From contig JAJZCR010000002.1 of the NCBI GenBank assembly GCA_021851715.1, positions 529 through 64,528 on the forward strand: a stretch of 64,000 nt of DNA. Reading direction: 5' to 3'. A program made the translations under genes and the position numbers. Shown here one piece after another: positions 45,445 through 55,158 of the stretch. This stretch comes from Planctomycetota bacterium. GTDB lineage: Bacteria; Planctomycetota; Phycisphaerae; WQYP01. The notes under the pieces are model-generated. The model did not search any database. It was not told where the DNA came from and saw only the letters and a program-made list of their open reading frames with translations. Within the stretch, counting starts at the first letter, position 1. Each line of letters starts with the position of its first letter.

Positions 45445-45987
45445 TCAGGGTTCCAGCGGCAATTCGGCCAGCAGCGAGGCCATGTCCAGCGGCGCTGTTT
45501 TCATGGCCAGGCCACCATCGGCGGTGCGCGGCCAAAGCTCGGGGCGACGGTCCCAATACAGTTCCACACCATTGCCGTCCGGGTCGCTTAAATACAGTGC
45601 TTCGCTTACTCCATGGTCGCTGGCCCCGTGCAGCGGTATCTTGGCGGCCAAGACTCGCCGACAAGCGTCGGCCAGATGCCGGCGTGTGGGATACAAGATT
45701 GCCAGATGATATAGACCCACAGAGTCTGGCGGCGGGGCTTGGCCGCCCAGACTTTCCCAGGTATTCAGGCCGATATGATGGTGGTACCCGCCCGCCGCCA
45801 GGAATACCGCGCTGGTGCCATACCACTGCGTCACGGCAAAGCCCAGCACATCGCGATAGAAACTCAGCGCACGTTGAATATCCGCCACCTTCAAATGCAC
45901 ATGGCCAATGCGGACTGCTGTAGAGATCGGACGAAAGTTGTTGTTGGCGGACATTTCAACAGGTTGATCGGTTTTCATTCTACACAC
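45445..45987 (-). CDS. VOC-family (glyoxalase/bleomycin-resistance/extradiol dioxygenase fold) protein
   Basis: IGHVHLKVADIQRALSFYRDVLGF and a second half-domain HLAILYP...GASDHGVSEALYLSDPDGNGVEL support the fold. Confidence 0.8.
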   Translation of the reverse strand: MCRMKTDQPVEMSANNNFRPISTAVRIGHVHLKVADIQRALSFYRDVLGFAVTQWYGTSAVFLAAGGYHHHIGLNTWESLGGQAPPPDSVGLYHLAILYPTRRHLADACRRVLAAKIPLHGASDHGVSEALYLSDPDGNGVELYWDRRPELWPRTADGGLAMKTAPLDMASLLAELPLEP

Positions 45988-45994
45988 GCATGTT

Positions 45995-47329
45995 TTAAGC
46001 GGCAGACTGGCCCTGGTTGGTTCCGGAATCGCTGGGGCTGGGCGGATTTGCCCCCTCCTGGCCGTGGGGCAATTTCAAACGCAGGAGCTTTACCTTACGG
46101 ACATCCGATTCCATCACCGTGATGGTGATATCTTCAATTTGCACCTGTTCTCCGCGAATGGGTATGGTGCCGAGCATATTGATGACCAGGCCGCCGAGGG
46201 TTTGATATTCCTGATTTTCCGGCAACTGCAAATTCAATTCGCGGTTCAGGTCGGTCACGTTCATGCGGGCATCCACATCCACCGTGACCGGGTCAATGCG
46301 CTTAAGGGTATGCACCGATGACTTTTCATACTCGTCAGCAATGTCGCCGACAATTTCCTCCAGAATATCTTCGCTGGTAATCAGGCCGGCGGTCCCGCCA
46401 AATTCATCCAGCACGATGGCAATATGCACGCGCTGCGCAAGAAACTGCCGCAGCAGGTCGCGCAGCGGCTTGGAATGAGGCACAAACAGCGGCGGCCGCA
46501 TCAGTTGACGGATGTTAAACGCCTGCGGTGTTTGACTGGTGCCGAGCAGACTTAGCAGATCCTTGGCGTAGATAATGCCCAGAATGTTATCCAGGTTGCC
46601 ATCGTGCACCGGCAAACGGGCCAGACCGTCACGCAGAACCTTGTCCCGAATTTCTTCCAGCGTGGCGTGGATGGATGCGGTAATCATATCGGTGCGCGGG
46701 GTCATGATCTGGCTGACCTGCAAATCGCGAAAGCTGATAATGCCCTCGATCATTTTCTTCTGCTCTTCATCCACGGCTCCTTCCGCAGTGCCTTCAGAAA
46801 CAGCCGCCAGAATCTCCTGTTTGCTTTCCACCGCTTCCTGGGCTGGACTGTCCGCCGATGGGGCGTCGGCAAGGCGGCGTACCAGCTCATCAAACAGCCG
46901 CAGAAACCAGACCATCGGAATGAGGGCCGCACAGGCCAGCCGCAGCGCCGGCCATAGCGCGGCAATCAGGGCCTCGCCGGCATAACCCGCCCAGGCGTAG
47001 GGAATGGCCACGGAAAAGACCAAAATCAGCAGACCCGCCGGCAGGGAGGCCATCAGTAATCGCAGCAAGGCGGAATGCGAGGCTGCCCCGCTAAGGGCCG
47101 CAAACACGCTCACCACGATGGCCATGTTGAAGAGAACACGCAAAATGGTGGCGGTCAAAACCAGAGGGTCCAGTTGGCTCAGAATCTGGTCCAGTGCGGC
47201 ACCGCGATGCCGCTGGAGCAGTTCACGCTCCAGCCCCAGCCTGGAAACGGTGCGCAAGGCATACGCCGTGGTAGACGCCAAAAGCGTACCCAGGACTTCC
47301 GGTAATAAAAGCCACCAACACCAGTTCAC
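45995..47329 (-). CDS. HlyC/CorC-family transporter (DUF21-CBS pair-CorC_HlyC)
   Basis: An N-terminal 4-TM DUF21-like region is followed by a CBS pair (IMTPRTDM...; AIVLDEFGGTAGLITSEDILEEIVGDI) and a C-terminal transporter-associated domain. Confidence 0.85.
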   Translation of the reverse strand: MNWCWWLLLPEVLGTLLASTTAYALRTVSRLGLERELLQRHRGAALDQILSQLDPLVLTATILRVLFNMAIVVSVFAALSGAASHSALLRLLMASLPAGLLILVFSVAIPYAWAGYAGEALIAALWPALRLACAALIPMVWFLRLFDELVRRLADAPSADSPAQEAVESKQEILAAVSEGTAEGAVDEEQKKMIEGIISFRDLQVSQIMTPRTDMITASIHATLEEIRDKVLRDGLARLPVHDGNLDNILGIIYAKDLLSLLGTSQTPQAFNIRQLMRPPLFVPHSKPLRDLLRQFLAQRVHIAIVLDEFGGTAGLITSEDILEEIVGDIADEYEKSSVHTLKRIDPVTVDVDARMNVTDLNRELNLQLPENQEYQTLGGLVINMLGTIPIRGEQVQIEDITITVMESDVRKVKLLRLKLPHGQEGANPPSPSDSGTNQGQSAA

Positions 47330-47357
47330 GCCCGCACCATCGTATTGCCAACACCTT

Positions 47358-47882
47358 TCAGGATGGTCTATGGTCCTGAATGCCCGCGTCCGCGCCAGCC
47401 GCGTATACCGGCCCTATCCCCAAGGCTAACAGAATCTGGTCTTCCCGTCGATGGATTCTTCGGGCCTGCCGGGCGGTGCGATCATCATAACCCTGCACAT
47501 GCAGCAGGCTGTGAATCGCGTACAAGAGTACCTCCCAAGCCACCGGATGGTGGAATTGGCGGGCTTGTCTGCGGGCTTCCTCCAGCCCAATGAGCGTTTC
47601 CAGCTCCAGGTAACGGCGGTCTGTTCTCAGGTCACGCAGATCAAAGGTAAGCACATCCGTGGTGGTGTTGATACCCATCGTCCGCCGGTGCATCTCAGTC
47701 ATCGCGGCATCTCCAATCAGGTGAATGTGCCAGGTGCCGCTGCGGGCCGCGGTCATGGCCAGGGCCGGGCGTAGGTTTTTTTTCAGCCATAACGCGGTCA
47801 AGAATCCGTTCCTGGATCGCCGCCTGGCTACAGGTTTGGGCTGGTGCCGGGGCAGACCGCTGATGGTGATTTGAATGTTCAT
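47358..47882 (-). CDS. ybeY: rRNA maturation RNase YbeY
   Basis: The metal motif variant is IHSLLHVQGYDD (canonical HGxLHLxGYDH; the third His position is Asp). The gene sits in the classic HD-7TM/ybeY/corC order. Confidence 0.8.
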   Translation of the reverse strand: MNIQITISGLPRHQPKPVARRRSRNGFLTALWLKKNLRPALAMTAARSGTWHIHLIGDAAMTEMHRRTMGINTTTDVLTFDLRDLRTDRRYLELETLIGLEEARRQARQFHHPVAWEVLLYAIHSLLHVQGYDDRTARQARRIHRREDQILLALGIGPVYAAGADAGIQDHRPS

Positions 47883-47883
47883 G

Positions 47884-50235
47884 TCAGGCGGGCCGCAAAA
47901 TAGCCAGCGGTTTGGGATAGCTCAGACGCCCATGGTACACACCGGCCAGGGTGCGTACAATCGATTCCTCAATTTTGGATAAATCCACCAGCGTCAGCTC
48001 GCACCGCTCAAACTGTTCGTCCAGCAGACGCTTATAAATAATCTCATGGGCGGCGGATTCAATGCGCCCGGCCGTGGCTTCGGGCATGGAACGTACCGTG
48101 CTTTCAACGGCGTCACAGATCATCACAATGGCGGTCTCACGAGATTGCGGCTTGGGACCGGGATAGCGAAAATCGGATTCGGCGACCTGCCCATGTATGC
48201 CGCCGGTCAAGGCCTGTTTGGCCTGCCGGTCGCGGGCCGCATGAAAAAACAGCTCCACCAGCGTGGTTCCATGGTGTTCGGCGATAAAATTACACACCTG
48301 TACCGGCAGGCGAAATTCACGGGCCAATTCAATGCCGTCCTTCACGTGCCCAATGATAATCAGGTGGCTCATGGTGGGAGCGAGCTTGTCATGGCGGTTG
48401 GGCTGGCCGGCCATATTTTCGATGAAGTATTCGGGCTTCACCAGTTTGCCGATGTCGTGGTAATACGCTCCCACCCGGCAAAGCAGGGCGTTGGCCCCGA
48501 TGGTGCGTGCCGCAGCTTCGGCCATGATGCCGACAATTAACGAATGATTGAACGTGCCCGGCGCTTCAATGGCCATGCGACGCAGCAACGGATGGTTGGT
48601 ATCGGAAAGTTCCAGCAGGGTCATGGCGGTGGCCAGATGAAACGCCCGCTCAATCAGCGGCAGCAGCCCCAGCGCCAGAAACGTCGCAGCCAGCGCCGCG
48701 ATTAAACTCATAAGCATCCGCTGTTCCAGGCCCAGGCCATGGGATCGCAATGTCAGGGTTTGCCAGTGGATCGCCGCACCGGGCATGGGCAGGCCGCCGG
48801 CCAGCGTCTGGGCCATAATAGCCACCACCATCGCCAGCGCAGCCAATCCGCCGATCTTCAGGAGTTTCGACCGCGTTCGGATTTCAGCCAGGCTGAAGGT
48901 TAAGACCGTCATGCCGGCCAGCGCCGTGATAAAAAAATCCAGCCCGCGCTGCGCCGCCCAGGCCACCAGCAAAGCATTGAGCGTCGCAAGTCCCCAGGCC
49001 AAACGCCCGCCGCTGACAATGGCAAAAATAATGGCCGCCAGCAGCAGCGGCATCAACGCCAGCAGGTAGGTCAGGTGAGCAAGCCCCAGCCATTGTCCCA
49101 GTCGAGCCATCACCAGGGTCATTAACATCAGGCCGGCAAAGGCGGCCAGTCGGGTGGCGCTGCGCAGTTCATGCTCCCGGCTCATCACGTACAGGGCCAG
49201 GATCAATGACAGCAGCAACAGCACCACAACCCTGGCCGGCCGGGTCAACAACGCCTTCCACGGATGTGCGGTCTGAAGTTGCTGGAGGTAACTTTGGCGG
49301 GCGGCCGCCAGCAGTTGCCGGTCGCCGGCGGTCAAAACGCGGCCCACCGGAATCAGCAGTTCCCCGCGATGAAACACAATGGCGGTGGCAGGTACCTTGG
49401 CGGCATTGGCCAGGGCCATCCGCTGCGTAGACGCCGCGTCAAAGGTATATGTAGGCTTGTTGAGATGGGCCAGATATTGAGTAAAACACGCTCGTACCGG
49501 AACGGGAAAATAGGTTGCCACCCAGGGGGCCAGGGACTTTCGATCGGTGCCCATAATCAGCAGATTATTGATGGAAAGGGACCGCTTTTCCTGCCCCAAA
49601 AATACTGTCGATGCAGACCCGGCGGCAATGCGGTTAAAATCGGCACGGGTCACCACCGGATGTTCGCGCAGGCTCGTCACCAAGTCATGGACCAATTGTT
49701 GATAAGATGCCGCTTGATGCGGCGCAGCCTGCTGCTTGAGCCAGGCCAACGCGGCCACGGACATTTCCGGAAACCGTTGGGCTACGCTGGCTGGTAAATC
49801 GGCGAGCGTGGCGGCGTGGGCCACTTCGCTGGGCAAGGCCCCCAAGGCTTGGGCAATGGTCGTCAACACCCGTCCGTTGTCGGTGGGGATCAGAATGGGG
49901 GGCGTGCGCAAACGCACCTGCCGGCGCAATTCCGCCAACGCCAGTTCATTGGGAATGGTGAAATGGACCGGTGAAAAAATGGCGTTCCGAAGCATGCCAC
50001 GCGGACCGGACTGCGCCGGATGCCCGGGAATAAACCCGATCAACAACGCCAGTACAAAGAAAATCGCGGTACCGATCGTTACCCGCGCCTGCCAGGGCGT
50101 AAGCTTCCACAGGGGATCCCGGCGGGTGGTTGGCTCATCCACCACCGCCCGACGCCTGGGGCTTTGTTTTTGAAACCACATAGCTTTCCACGCCGACTTT
50201 CGCCGCGCTTCCCTGTTCACCCACCCACCCCACAA
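47884..50235 (-). CDS. HD-domain membrane protein (7TM receptor with intracellular HD hydrolase, PgpH/YqfF-like)
   Basis: A central block of ~7 TM helices is followed by an HD domain (NHSLIVG..., YYHDIGKLVKPEYF). The start is uncertain; ATG 50181 is possible. Confidence 0.85.
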   Translation of the reverse strand: MWGGWVNREARRKSAWKAMWFQKQSPRRRAVVDEPTTRRDPLWKLTPWQARVTIGTAIFFVLALLIGFIPGHPAQSGPRGMLRNAIFSPVHFTIPNELALAELRRQVRLRTPPILIPTDNGRVLTTIAQALGALPSEVAHAATLADLPASVAQRFPEMSVAALAWLKQQAAPHQAASYQQLVHDLVTSLREHPVVTRADFNRIAAGSASTVFLGQEKRSLSINNLLIMGTDRKSLAPWVATYFPVPVRACFTQYLAHLNKPTYTFDAASTQRMALANAAKVPATAIVFHRGELLIPVGRVLTAGDRQLLAAARQSYLQQLQTAHPWKALLTRPARVVVLLLLSLILALYVMSREHELRSATRLAAFAGLMLMTLVMARLGQWLGLAHLTYLLALMPLLLAAIIFAIVSGGRLAWGLATLNALLVAWAAQRGLDFFITALAGMTVLTFSLAEIRTRSKLLKIGGLAALAMVVAIMAQTLAGGLPMPGAAIHWQTLTLRSHGLGLEQRMLMSLIAALAATFLALGLLPLIERAFHLATAMTLLELSDTNHPLLRRMAIEAPGTFNHSLIVGIMAEAAARTIGANALLCRVGAYYHDIGKLVKPEYFIENMAGQPNRHDKLAPTMSHLIIIGHVKDGIELAREFRLPVQVCNFIAEHHGTTLVELFFHAARDRQAKQALTGGIHGQVAESDFRYPGPKPQSRETAIVMICDAVESTVRSMPEATAGRIESAAHEIIYKRLLDEQFERCELTLVDLSKIEESIVRTLAGVYHGRLSYPKPLAILRPA

Positions 50236-50304
50236 GGCCCTTCACGGAGTGCATGCCTCTGTTCTCCCTGGCCTCAATGGCACCCGCAGCCGGCAGGATG
50301 CACC

Positions 50305-50844
50305 CTACATCGGACGACGCTTGATGGTTTGGTCGTACATGGCCAGCAGTTTTTGTTTGTCAAAAACCATTTCCTCGCGGGTCATTCCCACAATGTCATA
50401 TTCGTAGGTTAATTCAATGGCATCCACGGGGCAGGCTTCTTCGCACATGCCGCAGTAGATGCAGCGCAATTCATCGATGTCAAATTTCACCGGATATTTT
50501 TCGCGATCCGGCCATGAGGCGGGGGCGGCCTGGCCTACAATGTGGATGCAATGAGCCGGACAGGCCGTGGCACACATATAACAGGCCACACATTTAACCC
50601 GATTCTGTTCATCACGGTTCAGCCGGTGAACCCCACGATACCGCTGCACATCCATGCCTTGTTCCAGCACGGGGTGATCTTCCCGCCGATCTTCGGGGTA
50701 CTGTATGGTGCGCACCTGGCCACCGACGGAGCGGAACAAATGCCCGATCGTGGTGCCCAGACCGCTAAGGACAGCCGGCAGGAAGGTATTTTCAACCGCC
50801 GAAAGCCGCGGTGGTTCTAATGTAATAACATCCTGCATTTTCAT
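50305..50844 (-). CDS. nuoI: NADH-quinone oxidoreductase subunit I (2x[4Fe-4S] ferredoxin-type)
   Basis: Two cluster motifs are present, CVACYMCATACP and CIYCGMCEEACP. The 179-aa size fits. No other nuo genes flank it. Confidence 0.9.
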   Translation of the reverse strand: MKMQDVITLEPPRLSAVENTFLPAVLSGLGTTIGHLFRSVGGQVRTIQYPEDRREDHPVLEQGMDVQRYRGVHRLNRDEQNRVKCVACYMCATACPAHCIHIVGQAAPASWPDREKYPVKFDIDELRCIYCGMCEEACPVDAIELTYEYDIVGMTREEMVFDKQKLLAMYDQTIKRRPM

Positions 50845-51053
50845 GGTTTAAGTCCAATCCAAACAAACACCAACTTCCCCCTTATCCCTTGTTATTTTAG
50901 GTGATTTGCCGTCGAAAATCCAACCGTGAAATGCCGACTGCGTTAAAGGTATCAGGCACGAATGCCATTAACTTAGGCCATAAGTTATTGCAACAGTTAT
51001 AGTTACGCATATTCGAGTGTGGGCGAATCTTCTATTAAGGTAATTGTTTTGTG

Positions 51054-51554
51054 TTACCGCGACCAGATTGGGCGAACCTCTGGACGTTTCACCGGGTGTG
51101 GCCGCGGCGATCTCTGGCCAACCAATTGGTCGGGCACGCCGGTGCCGCTATTGGCCCCGGTGCTGGCCATGGAAATGGGCGAACCGTTGATATCGTCGGA
51201 GAACGTGTATTGGTAAAGGGCATTGCCGAGGTTATCCAGGCCGGTAACGGTAACCACCGGGTAGGCGGTATCCGCCGCCTGCACCGGGCTGCCGGTGGAA
51301 CTCAAGGTCAGGCCGGTTTGGCTGGCCACCAGCCGATCACGCCAGTCGTAATCCATCAAGGTAACGCGTGCGGTGCCGACGGCGTTGGTACCGGCGTTGC
51401 CATCCGGATAGGCGATGGTTTCGGTGAGGTTGCCATCACCAACCCCACCACTGTCATAAATGTTGGATGAGACTTCGGTCATATTATTGCCCGTGCCGGG
51501 GTTGCTGCCGTCAAAGTAAGCAGAGTCGCAAGGGCTATATTGCTCGTGCCTCAT
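51054..51554 (-). pseudogene. YD/RHS-repeat protein fragment (orphan piece), shares the 250-bp repeat with 57225-57722
   Basis: NIYDSGGVGDGNLTETIAYPDGNAGTNAVGTARVTLMDYDWRDRLVASQ and LYQYTFSDDINGSP are YD-repeat-like. It has no long N-terminal core and ends in low-complexity read-through. Confidence 0.4.
51272..51521. repeat. 250-bp direct repeat, copy 1 (partner at 57512-57761)
   Basis: By manual alignment, 244 of 250 nt are identical to the partner copy, at an offset of 6240 bp. It encodes the shared YD-repeat segment. Confidence 0.9.
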
Positions 51555-51569
51555 CTCGGTCTTTCATCC

Positions 51570-52115
51570 TTACGGGCTGCGCGCATGCGAGATGAGTTCA
51601 TGCACCTTGGCGGCAACTTTTTTTACCAGCGGATCCGAGAGGCCGCTGACGCGTGCGGATTCCTTCCCTTTGGGCATAAAGGGAACATCGAGACCACCTG
51701 GAAGCCACCATTGGTGATTATATCGCTGCATAAAAACCAAAAACATCCCTCCGGGGTGAATAGGCCCAACCGCGACAGAGAAGAGCCGGGTCCGGTCTAT
51801 ATAAAGCCGCATTTTGGTGGATACTGTTTTCTCCGTGGCCAACACCGCCAATACTCGCACTTGGGCAAGGTAAAAGCCCTGCCCTCCACCCGGGCTTGGT
51901 GCCCTTGTCGTACGCCATCGTAAAACCCTTACAACCGCAAAGGCATGCCACTGCCAAAATTGCCGGGTTGTTCCATTAAACACGGGCCACGCGGCCTGGC
52001 TTGAATCCGACCAGCGCAATGAAAGCCAGAGACCGACCACCACGGTCAATATCAAAATCTGCCACCGCGCGAATCGCCGTTGTTCGCATTTCATGACCAC
52101 GCCTCCGCCTACCAA
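51570..52115 (-). CDS. Hypothetical protein with an N-terminal membrane anchor (181 aa)
   Basis: The TM segment is WQILILTVVVGLWLSL. It is the last gene of the array transcript, 12 nt after the preceding stop. The probable start is ATG 52094. I recognise no motif. Confidence 0.45.
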   Translation of the reverse strand: MVGGGVVMKCEQRRFARWQILILTVVVGLWLSLRWSDSSQAAWPVFNGTTRQFWQWHAFAVVRVLRWRTTRAPSPGGGQGFYLAQVRVLAVLATEKTVSTKMRLYIDRTRLFSVAVGPIHPGGMFLVFMQRYNHQWWLPGGLDVPFMPKGKESARVSGLSDPLVKKVAAKVHELISHARSP

Positions 52116-52127
52116 CTACCCAAGGAG

Positions 52128-52394
52128 CTACCACCCAATGGCGATGCCATCCATTGAGCCACGCCCCATGACCGAGCCGAAACGTTCAAGAAAAACTGGC
52201 TGCGGGCCGGCAAAGTCGCTATTAACGCCGATGATATCGCCATTGGCATCATGCCCCAGCGCAATGCTAAATGAATACAGCACCGCCAGACCATTCCACG
52301 CTCCGGTTGGCAGCGGAGCCGATTCGCCGATGCCCTGCCAGAGCAGGTCGCTGCTTGTGTCATAGATTTTCAGGTTGAAGTTATTGCCGTTCAT
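52128..52394 (-). CDS. Small ~90-aa 'NFNLKIYD' domain protein, variant copy with a divergent C-terminus
   Basis: The N-terminal part is MNGNNFNLKIYDTSSDLLWQGIGESAPLPTGAWNGLAV...GHDANGDIIGVNSDFAGP. It then diverges (QPVFLERFGSVMGRGSMDGIAIGW*). Confidence 0.55.
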   Translation of the reverse strand: MNGNNFNLKIYDTSSDLLWQGIGESAPLPTGAWNGLAVLYSFSIALGHDANGDIIGVNSDFAGPQPVFLERFGSVMGRGSMDGIAIGW

Positions 52395-52421
52395 ACACGC
52401 GATTCTACCAGCATCATTGCT

Positions 52422-52955
52422 TCATAGTTCCCGCAGCCAACGGCGGAGGCGGCTCGTGAACTTTTCGTTCGGCCATAGCGGAGGCACGAGCAGCCATATC
52501 CCAACGCAGATGACAAGGTGCGCGAGGACAAACATCTGTGTACCGACCAGAGGGACGCGGTGGGGGAGCACGTGCGGCATCGCGAAAACCACCCAAGGTG
52601 TTAACATACCAGCGCATGTTCCAAGTGCCCATGCGACGACCCACCGACGCCGTACACGCCGCCGTCCCACTGGAAACACAGCAGCGGCCACGAGCCCGCC
52701 GTAATACCCCGCAGCAAGGAGCCGCCACCACAAACTGACGCTGTTCGTTAGATCCAACCCCGTAAGAGGTGCCAATAGCAAGACGAACACGCGTATAGTA
52801 CCATGCAATGGAGGATTATAGGCGTAATTTGTCCACCGGTCGAATGGAAGCGATAAGGAGAGCAACCAAAGGCCCCAACCAGCGGCGTACAGTGTCCAGC
52901 CAATGGCGGGGCTAAGCCTGAAATATCTGCGGTCTGCCGGTTCCGTCTCCATCAT
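52422..52955 (-). CDS. 5-TM membrane protein, 'RRWLREL' family, copy 4
   Basis: It begins MMETEPADRRY, has about 5 hydrophobic helices, and ends LVPPLWPNEKFTSRLRRWLREL*. Its ATG overlaps the upstream stop (ATGA). Confidence 0.65.
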   Translation of the reverse strand: MMETEPADRRYFRLSPAIGWTLYAAGWGLWLLSLSLPFDRWTNYAYNPPLHGTIRVFVLLLAPLTGLDLTNSVSLWWRLLAAGYYGGLVAAAVFPVGRRRVRRRWVVAWALGTCAGMLTPWVVFAMPHVLPHRVPLVGTQMFVLAHLVICVGIWLLVPPLWPNEKFTSRLRRWLREL

Positions 52956-53467
52956 TGCACCGCCACCGTTCCGGAATCATAGCCGGAATCGCTGGTTATG
53001 CCCGATTGAAAAAAGTTCTGCAAAATGTTCAGCGGCCCGGCAAAATCACCGTTGACTCCAATGATGTCTCCATTGAGATCGTGGCCCAGCGCAATGCTAA
53101 ATGAATACGGCACCGCCAAACCATTCCACGCTCCGGTTGGCAGCGGAGCCAATTCGCCGATGCCTTGCCAAAGCAGATCACTATTGGTGTCATAAATTTT
53201 CAGGTTAAATGGGTCGTTGTTGGCATTAGTCGCATCGGTAACCTGGAATGCGCCATCCAGCGTGAGGTTGATGGCTCCGGTAGGATTGTCGGAAGTGACC
53301 ACCGGCGTTGGCGGCGTGTACACCGGCAGATTCACCAAGGTATACGTGGAGTCTATCGTCTGCGTGCCCTGCAGGCTGTAGCCGACCGCGCCGACGCCAG
53401 TGTCCGAAGAATCACCCAGCGGGCTGGTGACCGTCTGGGCCAAGCCGCGCCCCACGGCCAGTTCCCA
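52952..53467 (-). pseudogene. 5'-truncated copy (last ~171 codons) of the 340-aa array-leading gene
   Basis: ...GRGLAQTVTSPLGDSSDTGVGAVGYSL...NDPFNLKIYDTNSDLLWQGIGELAPLPTGAWNGLAVPYSF...DSGYDSGTVAVQ* is homologous to residues ~170-340 of 55716-56738. Homology starts exactly at the stop of the upstream membrane gene. The 328-aa track ORF upstream of that point is out-of-frame overlap. Confidence 0.5.
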
Positions 53468-53469
53468 TC

Positions 53470-53991
53470 TCAAAGCTCGCGAAGCCAACGTTTTACCCTC
53501 GGCCACAGTTTCTCCACCGATCGCGCTGGCGACCGGCCCCACAGGACAAGCCAGCTCCCGACACAAATTAACGTGGCGCTCGCGCAGAACAAAAGAAATC
53601 CGGGGGAGAACCGAATCACGGTGAGATAGTACCACGGTGAGAGCGCGCCGAGCGGAAGCATGCGAGGCCAGATTGCGGGTGGTCCCGACCGGCAGAGCAG
53701 CGCGGCCGCGCTCGCGGCCAACCCGGCAATGGTAAGCACCGCAACCAGCGGCATGGGCAGGTAGGCCGCCGGCATGTGCTGGGCGGAGCCAAACGACGCG
53801 TCTGCGGCGAGACCGTCCAAGGTAAGCAGCACGATCCAGGCGCCCACCGGGAACCTCAGCGTTCCTGGGGCGAACCCCGGGCCACGCATCTGCAGCGATA
53901 CGCAAAGTAACACCCATCCGATGCCGAAAACGCACCACTTGTTTATCCCTGACCGAAAGCCCCCACCGCCACGTGGTATCTGCATCCCCAT
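53470..53991 (-). CDS. Multi-TM membrane protein, divergent 'RRWLREL' family member, copy 3
   Basis: It is hydrophobic throughout and ends KLWPRVKRWLREL*. Its ATG abuts the upstream TAA (TAAATG). Confidence 0.6.
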   Translation of the reverse strand: MGMQIPRGGGGFRSGINKWCVFGIGWVLLCVSLQMRGPGFAPGTLRFPVGAWIVLLTLDGLAADASFGSAQHMPAAYLPMPLVAVLTIAGLAASAAALLCRSGPPAIWPRMLPLGALSPWYYLTVIRFSPGFLLFCASATLICVGSWLVLWGRSPARSVEKLWPRVKRWLREL

Positions 53992-54264
53992 TTAATCCAC
54001 CCCCACCGTGCCGGAATCATAGCCGGAATCGCTGGTTATGCCCGATTGAAAAAAGTTCTGCAATATGTTCAACGGCCCGGCAAAATCGCCGTTGACACCA
54101 ATGATATCACCGTTGGCATCATGGCCCAACGCAATATTAAAGGAATACGGCACGGCCAAGCCGTTCCAAACTCCCGCCGGCAGCGGAGCCATCTCGCCGA
54201 TGCCTTGCCAAAGCAGGTCGCTGCTTGTGTCATAGATTTTCAGGTTGAAGTTATTGCCGTTCAT
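53992..54264 (-). CDS. Small 90-aa 'NFNLKIYD' domain protein
   Basis: The full product is MNGNNFNLKIYDTSSDLLWQGIGEMAPLPAGVWNGLAVPYSFNIALGHDANGDIIGVNGDFAGPLNILQNFFQSGITSDSGYDSGTVGVD*. Confidence 0.6.
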   Translation of the reverse strand: MNGNNFNLKIYDTSSDLLWQGIGEMAPLPAGVWNGLAVPYSFNIALGHDANGDIIGVNGDFAGPLNILQNFFQSGITSDSGYDSGTVGVD

Positions 54265-54291
54265 ACACGCGATTCTACCAGCATCATTGCT

Positions 54292-54861
54292 TCATAGTTC
54301 CCGCAGCCAACGCCTAAGGCGATGCGTGAATTTTTCTTTCGGCCATAACGGAGGCACGAGGAGCCATATCCCAACGCAGATAACAAGGTGCGCGAGCGCA
54401 TAAACCGGCATGCCCAACCCCGTGAATCCGGGATCGGTGACCATTTTTAATAATATGATAATTGAAGGTATAAAAATGCCGGCGCAGATTCCCAGCGTCC
54501 AAGCAATAACCCACCTGTGTTGAACATGTCGCCGCGCCGCTGGGAAAATGATGGTGGAAAGCATCGCGGCGAAGTACCCTATCCCAACGAGCCGCACCCA
54601 AAACTCGACACTGACCGTGGGAATGAACGCCCCGAGAGTTGCTAGGACCACGAATGCCCCGGGAATGGTGCCTGGCCCCGGCATAGACGGATCACTGAAG
54701 GCGGGTAGGTGACAGAACGGTAGTGGCAACGCCGCGACCCACATAATCCAACCTCCCACGAGTAAAACCATTCCGATCGCGGGCCTGCGGCAAGGACGTA
54801 CGATTGAGGGGGGCCGACCAAGAATGGCCGACACGCGGCCAGTTGGCTTCGTCTCCATCAT
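54292..54861 (-). CDS. 5-TM membrane protein, 'RRWLREL' family, copy 2
   Basis: It begins MMETKPTGRV and ends LVPPLWPKEKFTHRLRRWLREL*. There is an ATGA overlap with the upstream small gene. Confidence 0.65.
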   Translation of the reverse strand: MMETKPTGRVSAILGRPPSIVRPCRRPAIGMVLLVGGWIMWVAALPLPFCHLPAFSDPSMPGPGTIPGAFVVLATLGAFIPTVSVEFWVRLVGIGYFAAMLSTIIFPAARRHVQHRWVIAWTLGICAGIFIPSIIILLKMVTDPGFTGLGMPVYALAHLVICVGIWLLVPPLWPKEKFTHRLRRWLREL

Positions 54862-55130
54862 TGCACCCCCACCGTGCCGGAATCATAGCCGGAATCGCTC
54901 GTTACCCCAGATTGGAAGAAATTCTGCAAGATGTTCAGCGGTCCGGCAAAATCCCCGTTGACTCCAATGATGTCGCCATTGAGATCATGGCCCAGCGAGA
55001 TGTTGAACGAGTACGGTACCGCCAGTCCGTTCCAAACACCGGCTGGCAACGGGGCCAGCTCGCCCTTTCCCTGCCAAAGCAAATCTCTACTGGCATTGTG
55101 GTATTTTAGATTGAAAGAGTTGCCATTCAT
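54858..55130 (-). CDS. Small 90-aa 'NFNLKIYD' domain protein (variant NSFNLKYH)
   Basis: The start is set at ATG 55130 (MNGNSFNLKYHNASRDLLWQGKGELAPLPAGVWNGLAVPYSF...DSGYDSGTVGVQ*). The track ORF 54858-55313 extends upstream into the neighbouring membrane gene. Confidence 0.6.
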   Translation of the reverse strand: MNGNSFNLKYHNASRDLLWQGKGELAPLPAGVWNGLAVPYSFNISLGHDLNGDIIGVNGDFAGPLNILQNFFQSGVTSDSGYDSGTVGVQ

Positions 55131-55158
55131 ACGAATTATTCCATCAACATTATAACCC

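Noticed and set aside
52952-53938. The 328-aa track ORF taken as a complete gene.
   Set aside because: Only its last ~171 codons are homologous to the array family. The first ~157 codons are an out-of-frame overlap of the membrane gene 53470-53991 with Arg-rich junk composition and no family similarity.
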